Shown: positions 11,801 to 27,600 of the stretch, one piece after another
Layout of the letters: every line of letters starts with the position of its first letter
Numbering within the stretch: the stretch's first letter is position 1
Assembly: GCF_009914755.1 (NCBI RefSeq)
Contig: NC_060940.1
Source: the human T2T-CHM13v2.0 reference genome, Homo sapiens
Direction: 5' to 3' (one strand)
Length of the DNA stretch: 64,000 nucleotides
Notes under the pieces: generated by a model
Database searches by the model: none
The model's input: only the letters and a program-made list of their open reading frames with translations
What the model was told of the DNA's origin: nothing
Made by a program: the position numbers and the translations under genes

Positions 11801-14644
11801 ATCCCATTCAATTTCATTTGATGGTGATTCCATTAGAGTCCATTCGATGATTTCATTCGAGTCCCTTCATTGATTCCATCTGATTTCATTGGATGATGAC
11901 TCCATTCGAGTCCATTCGATGATTCCACTCGATTCCATTAGATGATTCCATTGGAGTCCATTTGATTGTTCCATTCGATTCCATTCGATTCCTTTCGAAG
12001 ATTATTCCATTTGAGTCCATTCGATGATGATTCCATTCCATTCCATTCGATGATTCCGTTTGATTCCATTCGATGATTCCCTTCGATTCCTTTCTTTGAT
12101 GATTCCATTCCATTCCATTCAATGATTCCATTCTAATCTATTCCATGATGATTCCTTTCGATTCCATTCGCTGATGTTTCCGTTCAATTCCATTCGATGA
12201 TGATTCCATTCGATTCCATTCATTGAGGATTCCATTTGATTCCATTCAATGATGATTCCGTTCTATTCCATTCAATGATTGCATTCAATTCCATTCAATG
12301 ATTATCCCCTTAGAGTAAACTCAACGATTCCATTCAATACCATTCGATGATGATTCCTTTTGAGTCCATTCAATGATTTCATTCAAGTCCATTTGATGAT
12401 TCCTTTCAATTCCATTCTATGATGATTCCATTCGAGTCCATTCGATGATTCCATTCGATTGCATTCGATGATTCCATTATATTCCAGTCAACGATGATTC
12501 CATTCGAGTCCATTCGATGATTCCATTAGAGTACATTTAATGATTGCTTTGTTTTCAATTCGAAGATGATTACATTGGATTCCATTCTATGATACCATTC
12601 GATTCCATTCAATGATGATTCCACTCAAATCCATTGGATGATTCCATTCGTGTCCATTCGGTGATTTCATTAGATTCCATTCGAGGATGATTCCATTCGA
12701 TTCCATTCGATGATTCCATTCAATTCCATTCGATGATGATTCCATTCCAGTCCATATGATCATTCCATTTGATTTCATTCGATGATGATTCCATTCGATT
12801 CCATTCGATGATTCCATTCTATTCCATTCGATGATGATTCCATTCGAGTCCATTCGATGATTCCATTCGAGTCCATTTAATGATTCCATTGGGTTCAATT
12901 CAATGATGATTACATTGGATTCCGTTCTATGATTCCATTCAATTCCGTTCATTGACAATTTGATTCCATTCGATGATGATTCCATTTGAGTTCATTCGAT
13001 GATTCTATTCGATTCTCTTCGATGGTGATTCAATTCTATTATATTGGATGATTCCATTCGATTCCATTTGATGTTGATTCAATTCGATTCTATTCGATGA
13101 TGATTCCATTGGATTTCACTTGATGATTCTATTCGATTCCATTCAATGATGATTCACTTCTCGTCCATTGGATGATTCCATTTCATTCCATTCGATGATG
13201 ATTCCATTCGATTCCATTCGATGATTCCATTTGATTCCATGCGACGGTGAGCAATTCGATTCAATTCCATGATGATTCTATTTGATTCAATTAGATGATG
13301 TTTCCATTCGAATCCATTCCATGATTATTCCATTGGAATCCATTTGGCGATGATTCCATATGAGTCAATTCAATGATGATTCCATATGGGTCCGTTCGAT
13401 GATAATTCCATTTGATTTCATTCAATGCTTCTATTCTATTCCAGTCAATGATGATTCCGTTGGAGTCCATACGATGATTCCATTTGATTTCATTTGATGA
13501 TGATTCCATTCGATGATGATTACATTGGATTCCATTCTATGATTCCATTCAATTCCATTCGTTGATGATTCGATTCCATTCAATGATGATTCCATTTGAG
13601 TTCATTCGATGATTCTATTCGATTCCGTTCGATGGTGATTCAATTCTATTATATTGGATGATTCCACTCTATTCCTTTTGATGATTATTCCATTGGAGTC
13701 CACTTAGTGAATCCTTTAGATTCTACTCGAAGATGATTCCATTCGAGTCCATTCAATGATACCATTCAATTTCATTCGTTGATGCTTCCATTCAAGTGCA
13801 TTCGATGATATCATTCGATTCCATTTGATGATAATTCCATTTGATTCCATGCGATGATTCTATTCGATTCCATTCAATGATAATTCCATTCAATTCAGTG
13901 ATTCCTCTGGACTCCATTTGATGATGATTCCATTCAATGATTCCATTCGATTCTATTCGAAAATGATTCCATTTGAATCCATTTGATGATGATTCCATTA
14001 GATTCCATTTGATGATTCCATTCGATTCCATTTGACGATGATTCCATTCGATTCCATTTGATGATTCCATTCTATTCTATTCGATGATGATTCCATTCGA
14101 TTCCATTTGATGATGATTGGATTCGATTCCATTTGATGATTTCATTTGATTCCATTCTTTAAAGATTTCGATCAATTCCATTCGATGATTCCATTTGATT
14201 CCATTCGATAATGATTACATCCGAGTCCATTCGATGATTCCATTTGAGCCCGTTCGATAATTCCATTTGAGTCCAATCAATGATTCCATTCATTTCCATT
14301 CAATGATTCCATTCGAGTCCATTTGATCATTCTGGTAGGGTCCGTTCGATGTTGATTCCATTGGAGTGCATTCGATTATTCAATTCGAGTCCATTTTATG
14401 ATTTGATTCGAGTCCTTTCGATGATTCCATTCGATTCCACTCGATGATGATTTCATTCGAGTCCATTCGACACTTCCAATCGATTCCATTTGATGTTTCC
14501 ATTCGAGTCCAATTGATGATTCCATTCAATTCCATTCGATGATGATTCCGTACGATTCCATTCTGTGATGATTCCATGTGATTGCATTCAATGATGATTC
14601 CTTTCGATTGCATTCGATTATGATTCATTTCGTGTTCATTCTAT
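8880..14644 (+). repeat. 5765-bp recombinant A unit (A2 head, A1 tail) with an ectopic replacement tract at ~9691-10017
   Basis: Landmark spacing. Carries the A2-type 23-bp (~10250) and 170-bp (~10975) deletions, while its distal part matches the 24615 unit at offset 18020. Confidence 0.85.
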
Positions 14645-17600
14645 GGTTCCACAGGTTTCCATTCGATGACGTTTCCGTTTGTGTCCATTCCATTATTCCA
14701 TTCTATTTCATTTGATGATGATTCCATTCGATTCCATTCATTGGTGATTCCACTCAATTCCATTCAATGATTCCATTCCATTTCTTTCAACAATGATTCC
14801 ATTAGTTTCTATTCGACGATCCACTTGATTCCATTTGGCGATGATTCCATTCGTGTCCATTCGATGATTCCATTTGATTCCATATGAGGATGATTCCATT
14901 CGATTCCATACCATGATGATTCCATTCGAGTCCATTCAATGGTGATTCCATTCAATTCCATTCGATGATTCCTTCCGATTCCATTCGATGATGATAGCAT
15001 TCGATTCCTTTCAATCATTCCCTTTGATTCCATTCAAAGGTGATTTCATTCAAGTCCATTCGATAATTGCATTCGATTCCATTCTATGATGATTCCATTC
15101 GAGTCCATTTGATGATTCCATTCAATTCAAGTCAATGATGATTCCATTCAATTCCACTCGATGATTCCATTGGATTCCATTCGATGATGATTCCATTCAA
15201 ATCCATTCGATAATTCAATTCAAGTCCATTCGATGATGATTCCAATCGAATCCATTCAAAGATTCCATTCAATTCCATTCGATGATGATTCCCTTAGATT
15301 CCATTCGATGATTCCACTTGATTCCATTTACGATGATTCCATTCGATTCCATGTGATGAATCCATTCAATTCTATTCAATGATGTTTCCATTTGATTCCA
15401 TTGGACCATGATTGCCTTTGATTCCATTCAATGATTCCATTCGGTTCCATTTGATGATGATTCCGTTCGATTCCATTTCATTATTCCATTTGATTCCATT
15501 GGATGAGTCCATTCGATTACATTCGATGATTATTCCATTCGAGTGCATTAGATGATTGCATTCGAGTCCATTCGATGATTCCATTCGATTCCATTCGATG
15601 TTGATTCTGTTCAAATCCATTCGATGATTCCACTCGATTCCATTCGATGACTCCATTTGATCCCATTCGATGATTTCCTGTGATTCCCTTTGATGATCAT
15701 TCTATTTGATTCAATTCGGTGATTTCATTTCATTCCATTCAGTGATGTTTCCATTCGACTGTATTCGATGATGATTCCATTCGACTCCATTCGATTATGA
15801 TTTCATTCAATTCCATTCAATAATGATTCCCTTCGAGTCCATTCGATGATTCCATTCGATTCCATTCAACGATGATTTGATTCGTTTCCATTCGATGATT
15901 CCATTTGATTCCACTTGATGATGATTCCATTCGAGTCCATTTGATGATTCCATTCGAGTCTATTTATGTATTATATTCGTGTCCACTTCATGATTCCATT
16001 CAATTCCATTTAATGTTGATTCCATTTGATTCCATTTGATGATTCAGTTCGATTCCTTGCAATGATTCCCTACGATTCCTTTCTCTGATGATTCCATTCG
16101 ATTCCATTCATTGATGATTTCATTCGACTCCATTCGATGATGATTCCTTTCGATTCCATTTGACGATGTTTCCATTCGAGTCCATTCGATGATGATTCTA
16201 TTCAATTGTGTTCTATTATGATTCCATTCGATTTCATTCAATGCTTCTATTTGATTCCATTCGATGATGATTCCATCTCTTTCCCTTCGATGATTCCATT
16301 TGATTCCATTCAGTGATGATTCCATTTGATTCCATCTGATGATGATTTCACTTGATTCCTTTCAATGATGATTCAATTCAAGTCCATTCGATGATTCCAT
16401 TGGAGTCCAAACGATCATTCCGTTCGATTCCATTCAATGGTGATTCCATTCATGTCCATTCGATGAATCCATTCAATTCCATTCGATGATGACTCCATTC
16501 GAGTACATTCGATGATTCCATTTGATTCCATTTGAAGATGATTCCATTCAATTCCATTCGAAGATGATTCCATTCAATTCCATTCGATGATGATTCCGTA
16601 TGAATCCATTCTCTGATTATTCCATTCGATTCCATTCATTGACGATTCCATTCAATTCCATTCAATGATGATTCTCTTCTATTCCATTCGATGATTCCGG
16701 TCGATTCCATTCGATGATGATTCCATTAGATTCCATTCGATTGTTGCATTCGATTCCCTTCGATGATGATTCCTTTGAATTCCATTCGATTATCATTCCG
16801 TATGAATCCATTTGATGATTATTCCATTGGATTCCTTTCGATGATGATTCCATTCGATTCCATTTGATGATGTTTCTCTTGTATTCCATTGGATAATTCC
16901 TTTCAGTTCCCTTCGATGATTATTCTTTCGAGTCAATTCGATGATTCTATTCCATTCCCTTCGATGATGATTCCATTTCACTCCATTTGATGATTCCATT
17001 CGACTCAATTTGGTGATGATTCAATTCGATGACATTCGATGACTCCATTCAATTTCATTTGATGATGATTACATTCGAGTCCATTTGATGATTGTATTCC
17101 TTTCCTTTTGATGATTATTCCATTCGTGTCTATTCAAAGGTTCCATTCTATTCCATTCAATGATGATTGCATTTGATTCCATTCAATGATTATGGCTATC
17201 GATTCCACTCGTTGATTCCATTTGATTCCGTTCGATGATTATTCCGTTAGATTCCATTAGAAGATTCCATTCTATTTTATTCAATGATTCCAATGGATTC
17301 CATTCAATGATGATTCCATTCGACTCCATTCAGTGATTCCATTCGAGTCCATTTGATGATTCCATTCTTTTCCATTTGATGATGATTCCATTAGGGTCCA
17401 TTCAATGATTCCATTCGAGTCCATTCGTTAATGCCTTTCGAGTCCTTTTGATCACTACATTCGAGTCCATTCAATGATTCTATTCGATTCCATTCCATGA
17501 TGATTCCATTCGAGTTCATTCGATGATTGCATTCGAGTCCATTTGATGATTCCATAGGATTCCCTTCGACAATGATTCCATTCGTGTCCATTTGATGATT

Positions 17601-18758
17601 CCATTCATTTCCTATCGATGAAGATTCCATTCAAGTGTATTCGATGATTCCATTCAAATCCATTCGATGATGATTCCATTCCAGTCCATTCGATCATTCC
17701 ACTTGATTCCATTTGATGACTATTCCATTCAAATCCATTTGATGATTCCATTCGATTCCATTCGATGTTACCATTCGAGTATATACGATGATTCCACTCG
17801 ATTCCATTTGATGATTATTCCATTGGAGTCCACTTAGTGAATCCTTTAGATTCTACTGGAAGATGATTCCATTCGAGTCCATTCGATGATACCATTCAAT
17901 TCCATTCGTTGATGCTTCCATTCAAGTGCATTCGATGATATCATTCGATTCCATTTGATGATAATTCCATTTGATTCCATGCGATGATTCTATTCGATTC
18001 CATTCAATGATAATACCATTCAATTCAGTGATTCCTCTGGACTCCATTTGATGATGATTCCATTCAATGATTCCATTCGATTCTATTCGAAAATGATTCC
18101 ATTTGAATCCATTTGATGATGATTCCATTGGATTCCATTTGATGATTCCATTCGATTCCATTCGATGATGATTCCATTCGATTCCTTTTGATGATTCCAT
18201 TCTATTGTATTCGATGATGATTCCATTCGATTCCATTCGATGATGATTGGATTCGATTCCATTTGATTCCATTCGATAATGATTTCGATCAATTCCATTC
18301 GATGATTCCATTCGATTCCATTCGATAATGATTACATCCGAGTCCATTCGATGATTCCATTTGAGCCCGTTCGATAATTCCATTTGAGTCCAATCAATGA
18401 TTCCATTCATTTCCATTCAATGATTCCATTCGAGTCCATTTGATCATTCCGGTAGGGTCCGTTCGATGTTGATTCCATTGGAGTGCATTCGATGATTCCA
18501 TTCGAGTCCATTTTATGATTTGATTCGAGTCCTTTCGATGATTCCATTCGATTCCACTCGATGATTTCATTCGAGTCCATTCGACACTTCCAATCGATTC
18601 CATTTGATGTTTCCATTCGATTCCAATTGATGATTCCATTCAATTCCATTCGATGATGATTCCGTACGATTCCATTCTGTGATGATTCCATGTGATTGCA
18701 TTCAATGATGATTCCTTTCGATTGCATTCGATTATGATTCATTTCGTGTTCATTCTAT
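14645..18758 (+). repeat. 4114-bp type B unit (B-specific segment 15956-17786)
   Basis: Offset 9882 from the 4763 unit (ORFs 5490/15372, 8040/17922), with one GAT fewer at ~18560. Confidence 0.9.
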
Positions 18759-21700
18759 GGTTCCACAGGTTTCCATTCGATGATGTTTCCTTTCGTGTCC
18801 ATTCCATTATTCCATTCTATTCCATTTGAAGATGATTCCATTCGATTCCATTCATTGGTGATTCCACTCAATTTCATTCAATGATTCCATTCCTTTTCTT
18901 TCAACAATGATTCCATTAGTTTCTATTCGATGATCCACTTGATTCCATTTGACGATGATTCCATTCGTGTCCATTCGATGATTCCATTTGATTCCATATG
19001 ATGATGATTCCATTCGATTCCATACGATGATGATTCCATTCGAGTCCATTCAATGGTGATTCCATTCAATTCCATTCGATGATTCCTTTCGATTCCATTC
19101 AATGATGATGGCATTCGATTCCTTTCGATCATTCCCTTTGATTCCATTCAAAGGTGATTTCATTCAAGTCCATTCGATAATTGCATTCGATTCCATTCTA
19201 TGATGATTCCATTCGAGTCCATTTGATGATTCCATTCAATTCAAGTCAATGATGATTCCATTCGATTCCACTCGATGATTCCATTGGATTCCATTCGATG
19301 ATGATTCCATTCAAATCCATTCGATAATTCAATTCAAGTCCATTCGATGATGATTCCAATCGAATCCATTCAAAGATTCCACTCCATTCCATTCGATGAT
19401 GATTCCCTTAGATTCCATTCGATGATTCCACTTGATTCCATTTACGATGATTCCATTCGATTCCATGTGATGATTCCATTCAATTCTATTTAATGATGTT
19501 TCCACTTGATTCCATTCGTACATGATTGCCTTTGATTCCATTCAATGATTCCATACGGTTCCATTTGATGATGATTCCATTCGAGTGCATTAGATGATTC
19601 CATTCGAGTCCATTCGATGATTCCATTCGATTCCATTCGATGTTGATTCTGTTCAAATCCATTCGATGATTCCACTCGATTCCATTCGATGACTCCATTT
19701 GATCCCATTCGATGATTTCCTTTGATTCCCTTTGATGATCATTCCATTTGATTCAATTCGGTGATTTCATTTGATTCCATTCAGTGATGATTCCATTCAA
19801 CTCCTTTCGATGATGATTCCATTCGAATCCATTCGATTATGATTTCATTCAATTCCATTCGATAATGATTCCCTTCAAGTCCATTCGATGATTCCATTCG
19901 ATTCCATTCAACGATGATTTGATTCGTGTCCATTCGATGATTCCATTTGATTCCATTTGATGATGATTCCATTCGAGTCCCTTTGATGATTCCATTCAAT
20001 TCCATTCTCCGATGATTTCTTTTGAGCCCATTCAATGCTTCCACTCGATTCCATATGATGATGACTCCATTTGATGAAATTCCATGATGATTCCATTCGC
20101 TTGCATTCGATGATGATTCCACTTGAGTCCGTTAGAAGATTCTATTCAATTACATTCCATGACGATTCTGTTCGATTCCATTTGATGATTCCATTAGACT
20201 CCATTCGACGATGATTCCATTCGATGTTATTCGATGATGATTCCATTCAACTCCATTCGATGTTTCCATTCGAGTTCATTCTATTATTCCAATAGATTCC
20301 ATTCGATGATGATTCCATTCGATTCCATTTGATGATTGCATTCTATTTCATTTGATGATGATTCCATTCGAGTCCATTCGATGATTCCATTCGAGTCCAT
20401 TTAATGAATCCATTGGTTTCAATTCTATGATGATTACATTGGATTCCATTCGTTGATGATTTCATTCGATTCCATTCAATGATGATTCCATTCAATTCCA
20501 TTCAATGATTCCATTCAATTCCATACGATGATGATTCCATTTGATTTGATTCGACAGTGAGCCATTCGATTCAATTCCATGATGATTCTATTTTATTCAA
20601 TTGGTTGACATTTCCATTCGATTCCATTCGATGATGATTCCATTTGATTCCATTCAAAGATGATTCCATTCTAGCCCATTCAATCATTCCATTCGATTCT
20701 ATTCAATGATGATTCCATTCATGTCGATTTGGTGATTCCATTTGACTTCATTTGATGATGATTCCTTTCAAGTTCATTAGATGATTCCATTCGATTCCAT
20801 TTGATGATGATCCCATTCGAGTCCATTCAGTGATTCCACTCGTTTCCATTCCATGATGATTCCATTCCATTCCATTCAATGATTCCATTCGATTCCGTTT
20901 GATGATGATTTCATTCGAGTCCATTTGATGATTCCATTTGATTCCATTCGATGATGATTACATTCGAGTCCATACGATGATTCCACTCAATTCCATATGA
21001 TGATGATTCCATTCGATTCCATTCGATGATTCCATTCTATTCTATTCAATGGTGATTCCATTCGAGTACATTAGATGATTCCATTCGATTCCATTCAATG
21101 ATGATTCTATTTGTGTCCCTTAGATGGTTCCACATGATTCCATTTCATGATGATACTATTTGAGCCCATCCAATGATTCCCTTCGATTCCATTCGATGAG
21201 GATTCCATTCGATTCAATTCATTGGTGATTCTATTCAATTCAATTCTTTGATTCCATTCCATTCCATTCGACAATGATTCCATTCGATTTCTTTCGATGA
21301 TTCCACTCGATTCCACTTGACATTGATTCCATTCGATTCCATTCAATGATTCCGTTTGATTCCAGTGGATGATGATTGCCATCGATTCCATTCGATCACT
21401 CCATTCTATTCCATTTGATGAGGATTACATTCGATTCCATTTGATGATTCCATCTGATTCTATTCGAGGATTCCATTTGATTCCATTCGATGATGATTCC
21501 ATTCGAGTGCATTCGATGATTTCATTCGAGTACATCCAATGATTCCATTCGAGTCCATTTGATTTTTCCATTTAATTCCATTTGATTATGATTCTACTAG
21601 AGTCCATTCAATGACTCCATTCGAATCCATTCAACAATTCCATTCGAGGCCATTCGATGATTCCATTTCATGATTCTATTCGAGTCCATTTAATCATTAC

Positions 21701-24614
21701 AGTCGAGTCCATTTGGTGATTCCACTGGATTTCTTTTGATAATGATACCATTCAATTACATTTGATGATGATACCATTCAATTTCATTTGATGGTGATTC
21801 CATTAGAGTCCATTCGATGATTTCATTCGAGTCCCTTCATTGATTCCATCCGATTTCATTTGATGATGACTCCATTCGAGTCCATTCGATGATTCCACTC
21901 GATTCCATTAGATGATTCCATTGGAGTCCATTTGATTGTTCCATTCGATTCTATTCGATTCCTTTCGAAGATTATTCCATTTGAGTCCATTCGATGATGA
22001 TTCCATTCCATTCCATTCGATGATTCCGTTTGATTCCATTCGATGATTCCCTTCGATTCCTTTCTTTGATGATTCCATTCCATTCCATTCAATGATTCCA
22101 TTCGAATCTATTCCATGATGATTCCTTTCGATTCCATTCGCTGATGTTTCCGTTCAATTCCATTCGATGATGATTCCATTCGATTCCATTCATTGAGGAT
22201 TCCATTTGATTCCATTCAATGATGATTCCATTCTATTCCATTCAATGATTGCATTCAATTCCATTCAATGATTATCCCCTTAGAGTAAACTCAACGATTC
22301 CATTCAATACCATTCGATGATGATTCCTTTTGAGTCCATTCAATGATTTCATTCAAGTCCATTTGATGATTCCTTTCAATTCCATTCTATGATGATTCCA
22401 TTCGAGTCCATTCGATGATTCCATTCGATTGCATTCGATGATTCCATTATATTCCATTCAACGGTGATTCCATTCGAGTCCATTCCATGATTCCATTAGA
22501 GTACATTTAATGATTGCTTTGTTTTCAATTCGAAGATGATTACATTGGATTCCATTCTATGATACCATTCGATTCCATTCAATGATGATTCCACTCAAAT
22601 CCATTGGATGATTCCATTCGTGTCCATTCGGTGATTTCATTAGATTCCATTCGAGGATGATTCCATTCGATTCCATTCGATGATTCCATTCAATTCCATT
22701 CGATGATGATTCCATTCCAGTCCATATGATCATTCCATTTGATTTCATTCGATGATGATTCCATTCGAATCCATTCGATGATTCCATTCTATTCCATTCG
22801 ATGATGATTCCATTCGAGTCCATTCGATGATTCCATTCGAGTCCATTTAATGATTCCATTGGGTTCAATTCAATGATGATTACATTGGATTCCGTTCTAT
22901 GATTCTATTCAATTCCGTTCATTGACAATTTGATTCCATTCGATGATGATTCCATTTGAGTTCATTCGATGATTCTATTTGATTCTCTTCGATGGTGATT
23001 CAATTCTATTATATTGGATGATTCCATTCGATTCCATTTGATGTTGATTCAATTCGATTCTATTCGATGATGATTCCATTGGATTTCACTTCATGATTCT
23101 GTTCGATTCCATTCAATTATGATTCACTTCTCGTCCATTGGATGATTCCATTTCATTCCATTCGATGATGATTCCATTCGATTCCATTCGATGATTCCAT
23201 TTGATTCCATGCGTCGGTGAGCAATTCGATTCAATTCCATGATGATTCTATTTGATTCAATTAGATGATGTTTCCATTCGAATCCATTCCATGATTATTC
23301 CATTGGAATCCATTCGGCGATGATTCCATATGAGTCAATTCAATGATGATTCCATATGGGTCCGTTCGATGATAATTCCATTTGATTTCATTCGGTGCTT
23401 CTATTCAATTCCAGTCGATGATGATTCCGTTGGAGTCCATACGATGATTCCATTTGATTTCATTTGATGATGATTCCATTCGATGATGATTACATTGGAT
23501 TCCATTCTATGATTCCATTCAATTCCATTCGTTGATGATTCGATTCCATTCAATGATGATTCCATTTGAGTTCATTCGATGATTCTATTCGATTCCGTTC
23601 GATGGTGATTCAATTCTCTTATATTGGATGAATCCACTCGATTCCATTTGATGATTATTCCATTGGAGTCCACTTAGTGAATCCTTCAGATTCTACTCGA
23701 AGATGATTCCATTCAAGTCCATTCGATGATACCATTCAATTCCATTCGTTGATGCTTCCATTCAAGTGCATTCGATGATATCATTCGATTCCATTTGATG
23801 ATAATTCCATTTCATTCCATGCGATGATTCTATTCGATTCCATTCAATGATAATTCCATTCAGTTCAGTGATTCCTCTGGACTCCATTTGATGATGATTC
23901 CATTCAATGATTCCATTCGATTCTATTCGAAAATGATTCCATTTGAATCCATTTGATGATGATTCCATTAGATTCCATTTGATGATTCCATTCGATTCCA
24001 TGCGACGATGATTCCATTCGATTCCATTTGATGATTCCATTCTATTCTATTCGATGATGATTCCATTCGATTCCATTCGATGATGATTGGATTTGATTCC
24101 ATTTGATGATTTCATTTGATTCCATTCGTTAATGATTTCGATCAATTCCATTCGATGATTCCATTCGATTCCATTCGATAATGATTACATCCGTGTCCAT
24201 TCAATGATTTCATTTGAGCCTGTTCGATAATTCCATTGGAGTCCAACCAATGATTCCATTCATTTCCATTCAATGATTCCATTCGAGTCCATTTGATCAT
24301 TCCGGTAGGGTCCATTCGATGTTGATTCCATTGGAGTGCATTCGATGATTCCATTCGAGTCCATTTTAGGATTTGATTCGAGTCCTTTCGATGATTCCAT
24401 TCGATTCCACTCGATGATGATTTCATTCGAGTCCATTCGACACTTCCAATCGATTCCATTTGATGTTTCCATTCGAGTCCAATTGATGATTCCATTCAAT
24501 TCCATTCGATGATGATTCCGTACGATTCCATTCTGTGATGATTCCATGTGATTGCATTCAATGATGATTCCTTTAGATTGCATTCGATTGTGATTCATTT
24601 CGTCTTCATTCTAT
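18759..24614 (+). repeat. 5856-bp type A2 unit
   Basis: Relative to the 55628 unit it lacks 72 bp (~19575), 23 bp (~20235), 170 bp (~20953) and 10 bp (~21660), and has 16+3 bp extra. The net difference of -256 equals 6112-5856. Confidence 0.88.
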
Positions 24615-27600
24615 GGTTCCACAGGTTTCCATTCGTGTCCATTCCATTATTCCATTCTATTCCATTTGATGATGATTCCATTCGATTCCATTCATTGGTG
24701 ATTCCACTCAATTCCATTCAATGATTCCATTCCATTTCTTTCAACAATGATTCCATTAGTTTCTAATCGATGATCCACTTGATTCCATTTGACGACGATT
24801 CTATTCTTGTCCATTCGATGATTCCATTTGATTCCATATCATGTTGATTCCATTCGATTCCATACGATGATGATTCCGTTCGAGTCCATTCCATGGTGAT
24901 TCCATTCAATTCCATTCGATGATTCCTTTCGATTCCATTCGATGATGATGGCATTCGATTCCTTTCAATCATTCCCTTTGATTCCATTCAAAGGTGATTT
25001 CATTCAAGTCCATTCGATAATTGCATTCGATTCCATTCTATGATGATTCCATTCGAGTCCATTTGATGATTCCATTCAATTCAAGTCAATGATGATTCCA
25101 TTCGATTCCATTCGATGATTCCATTCAATTCCATTCGATGATGATTCCATTCAAATCCATTCGATAATTCAATTCAAGTCCATTCGATGATGATTAAAAT
25201 CGAATCCATTCAAAGATTCCATTCAGTTCCATTCGATGATTCCCTTAGATTCCATTCGATGATTCCACTTGATTCCATTTACGATGATTCCATTCGATTC
25301 CATGTGATGATTCCATTCAATTCTATTCAATGCTGTTTCCATTTGATTCCATTCGACCATGATTGCCTTTGATTCCATTCAATGACTCCATTCGGTTCCT
25401 TTTGATGATGATTCCGTTCGATTCCATTTCATTATTCCATTTGATTCCATTGGATGAGTCCATTCGATTACATTTGATGATTATTCCATTCGAGTGCATT
25501 AGATGATTCCATTCGAGTCCATTCGATGATTCCATTCGATTCCATTCGATGTTGATTCTGTTCAAATCCATTCGATGATTCCACTCGATTCCATTCGATG
25601 ACTCCAGTTGATCCCATTCGATGATTTCCTTTGATTCCCTTTGATGATCATTCCATTTGATTCAATTCGGTGATTTCATTTGATTCCATTCAGTGATGTT
25701 TCCATTCGACTCCATTCGATGATGATTCCATTCGACTCCATTCGATTATGATTTCATTCAATTCCATTCGATAATGATTCCCTTCGAGTCCATTCGATGA
25801 TTCCATTCGATTCCATTCAACAATGATTTGATTCGTGTCCATTCGATGATTCCATTTGATTCCACTTGATGATGATTCCATTCGAGTCCATTTGATGATT
25901 CCATTGAATTCCATTCTCCGATGATTTCTTTTGAGCCCATTCAATGCTTCCACTCGATTCCATATGATGATGACTCCATTCGATGAAATTCGATGATGAT
26001 TCCATTCGCTTGCATTCGATGATGATTCCACTTGAGTCCATTAGAAGATTCTATTCAATGTTATTCGATGATTCCATTCGATCTCATTCGATGATGATTC
26101 CATTCAACTCCATTCGATGTTTCCATTCGAGTTCATTCTATTATTCCATTAGATTCCATTCGATGATGATTCCATTCGATTCCATTTGATGATTGCATTC
26201 TATTTCATTTGATGATGATTCCATTCGAGTCCACTCGATGATTCCATTCGAGTCCATTTAATGAATCCATTGGTTTCAATTCTATGATGATTACATTGGA
26301 TTCCATTCGTTGATGATTTCATTCGGTTCCATTCAATGATGATTCCATTCAATTCCTTTCAATGTTTCCATTCAATTCCATACGATGATGATTCCATTTG
26401 ATTTGATTCGACAGTGAGCCATTCGATTCAATTCCATGATGATTCTATTTGATTCCATTGGTTGACATATCCATTCGATTCCATTCGATGATGATTCCCT
26501 TTGATTCCATTCAAAGATGATTCCATTCTAGCCCATTCAATCATTCCATTCGATTCTATTCAATGATGATTCCATTCATGTCGATTTGGTGATTCCATTT
26601 GACTTCATTTGATGATGATTCCTTTCAAGTTCATTAGATGATTCCATTCGATTCCATTTGATGATGATCCCATTCGAGTCCATTCAGTGATTCCACTCGT
26701 TTCCATTCCATGATGATTCCATTCCATTCCATTCAATGATTCCATTCGATTCCGTTTGATGATGATTTCATTCGAGTCCATTTGATGATTCCATTTGATT
26801 CCATTCGATGATGATTCCATTCGAGTCCATTCGATGATTGTATTCGAATCCATTTGATGATTTCTTTTCATTATAGTTGGTGATGATTCCATTGGAGTCC
26901 ATTCAATGATTCCATTCGATTCCAATCGATGGTGATTCCATTAGAGTCCATTTAATGATTCCATTTGATTCCAGTCTCTGATGATTACATTCGAGTCCAT
27001 ACAATGATTCCACTCAATTCCATATGATGATGATTCCATTCGATTCCATTCGATGATTCCATTCTATTCTATTCAATGGTGATTCCATTCAAATCCATTC
27101 GATAATTCAATTCAAGTCCATTCGATGATGATTAAAATCGAATCCATTCAAAGATTCCATTCAGTTCCATTCGATGATTCCCTTAGATTCCATTCGATGA
27201 TTCCACTTGATTCCATTTACGATGATTCCATTCGATTCCATGTGATGATTTCATTCAATTCTATTCAATGCTGTTTCCATTTGATTCCATTCGACCATGA
27301 TTGCCTTTGATTCCATTCAATGACTCCATTCGGTTCCTTTTGATGATGATTCCGTTCGATTCCATTTGATGATTCCATTTGATTCCATTGGATGAGTCCA
27401 TTCGATTACATTCGATGATTATTCCATTCGAGTGCATTAGATGATTCCATTCGAGTCCATTCGATGATTCCATTCGATTCCATTCGATGTTGATTCTGTT
27501 CAAATCCATTCGATGATTCCACTCGATTCCATTCGGTGACTCCAGTTGATCCCATTCGATGATTTCCTTTGATTCCCTTTGATGATCATTCCATTTGATT

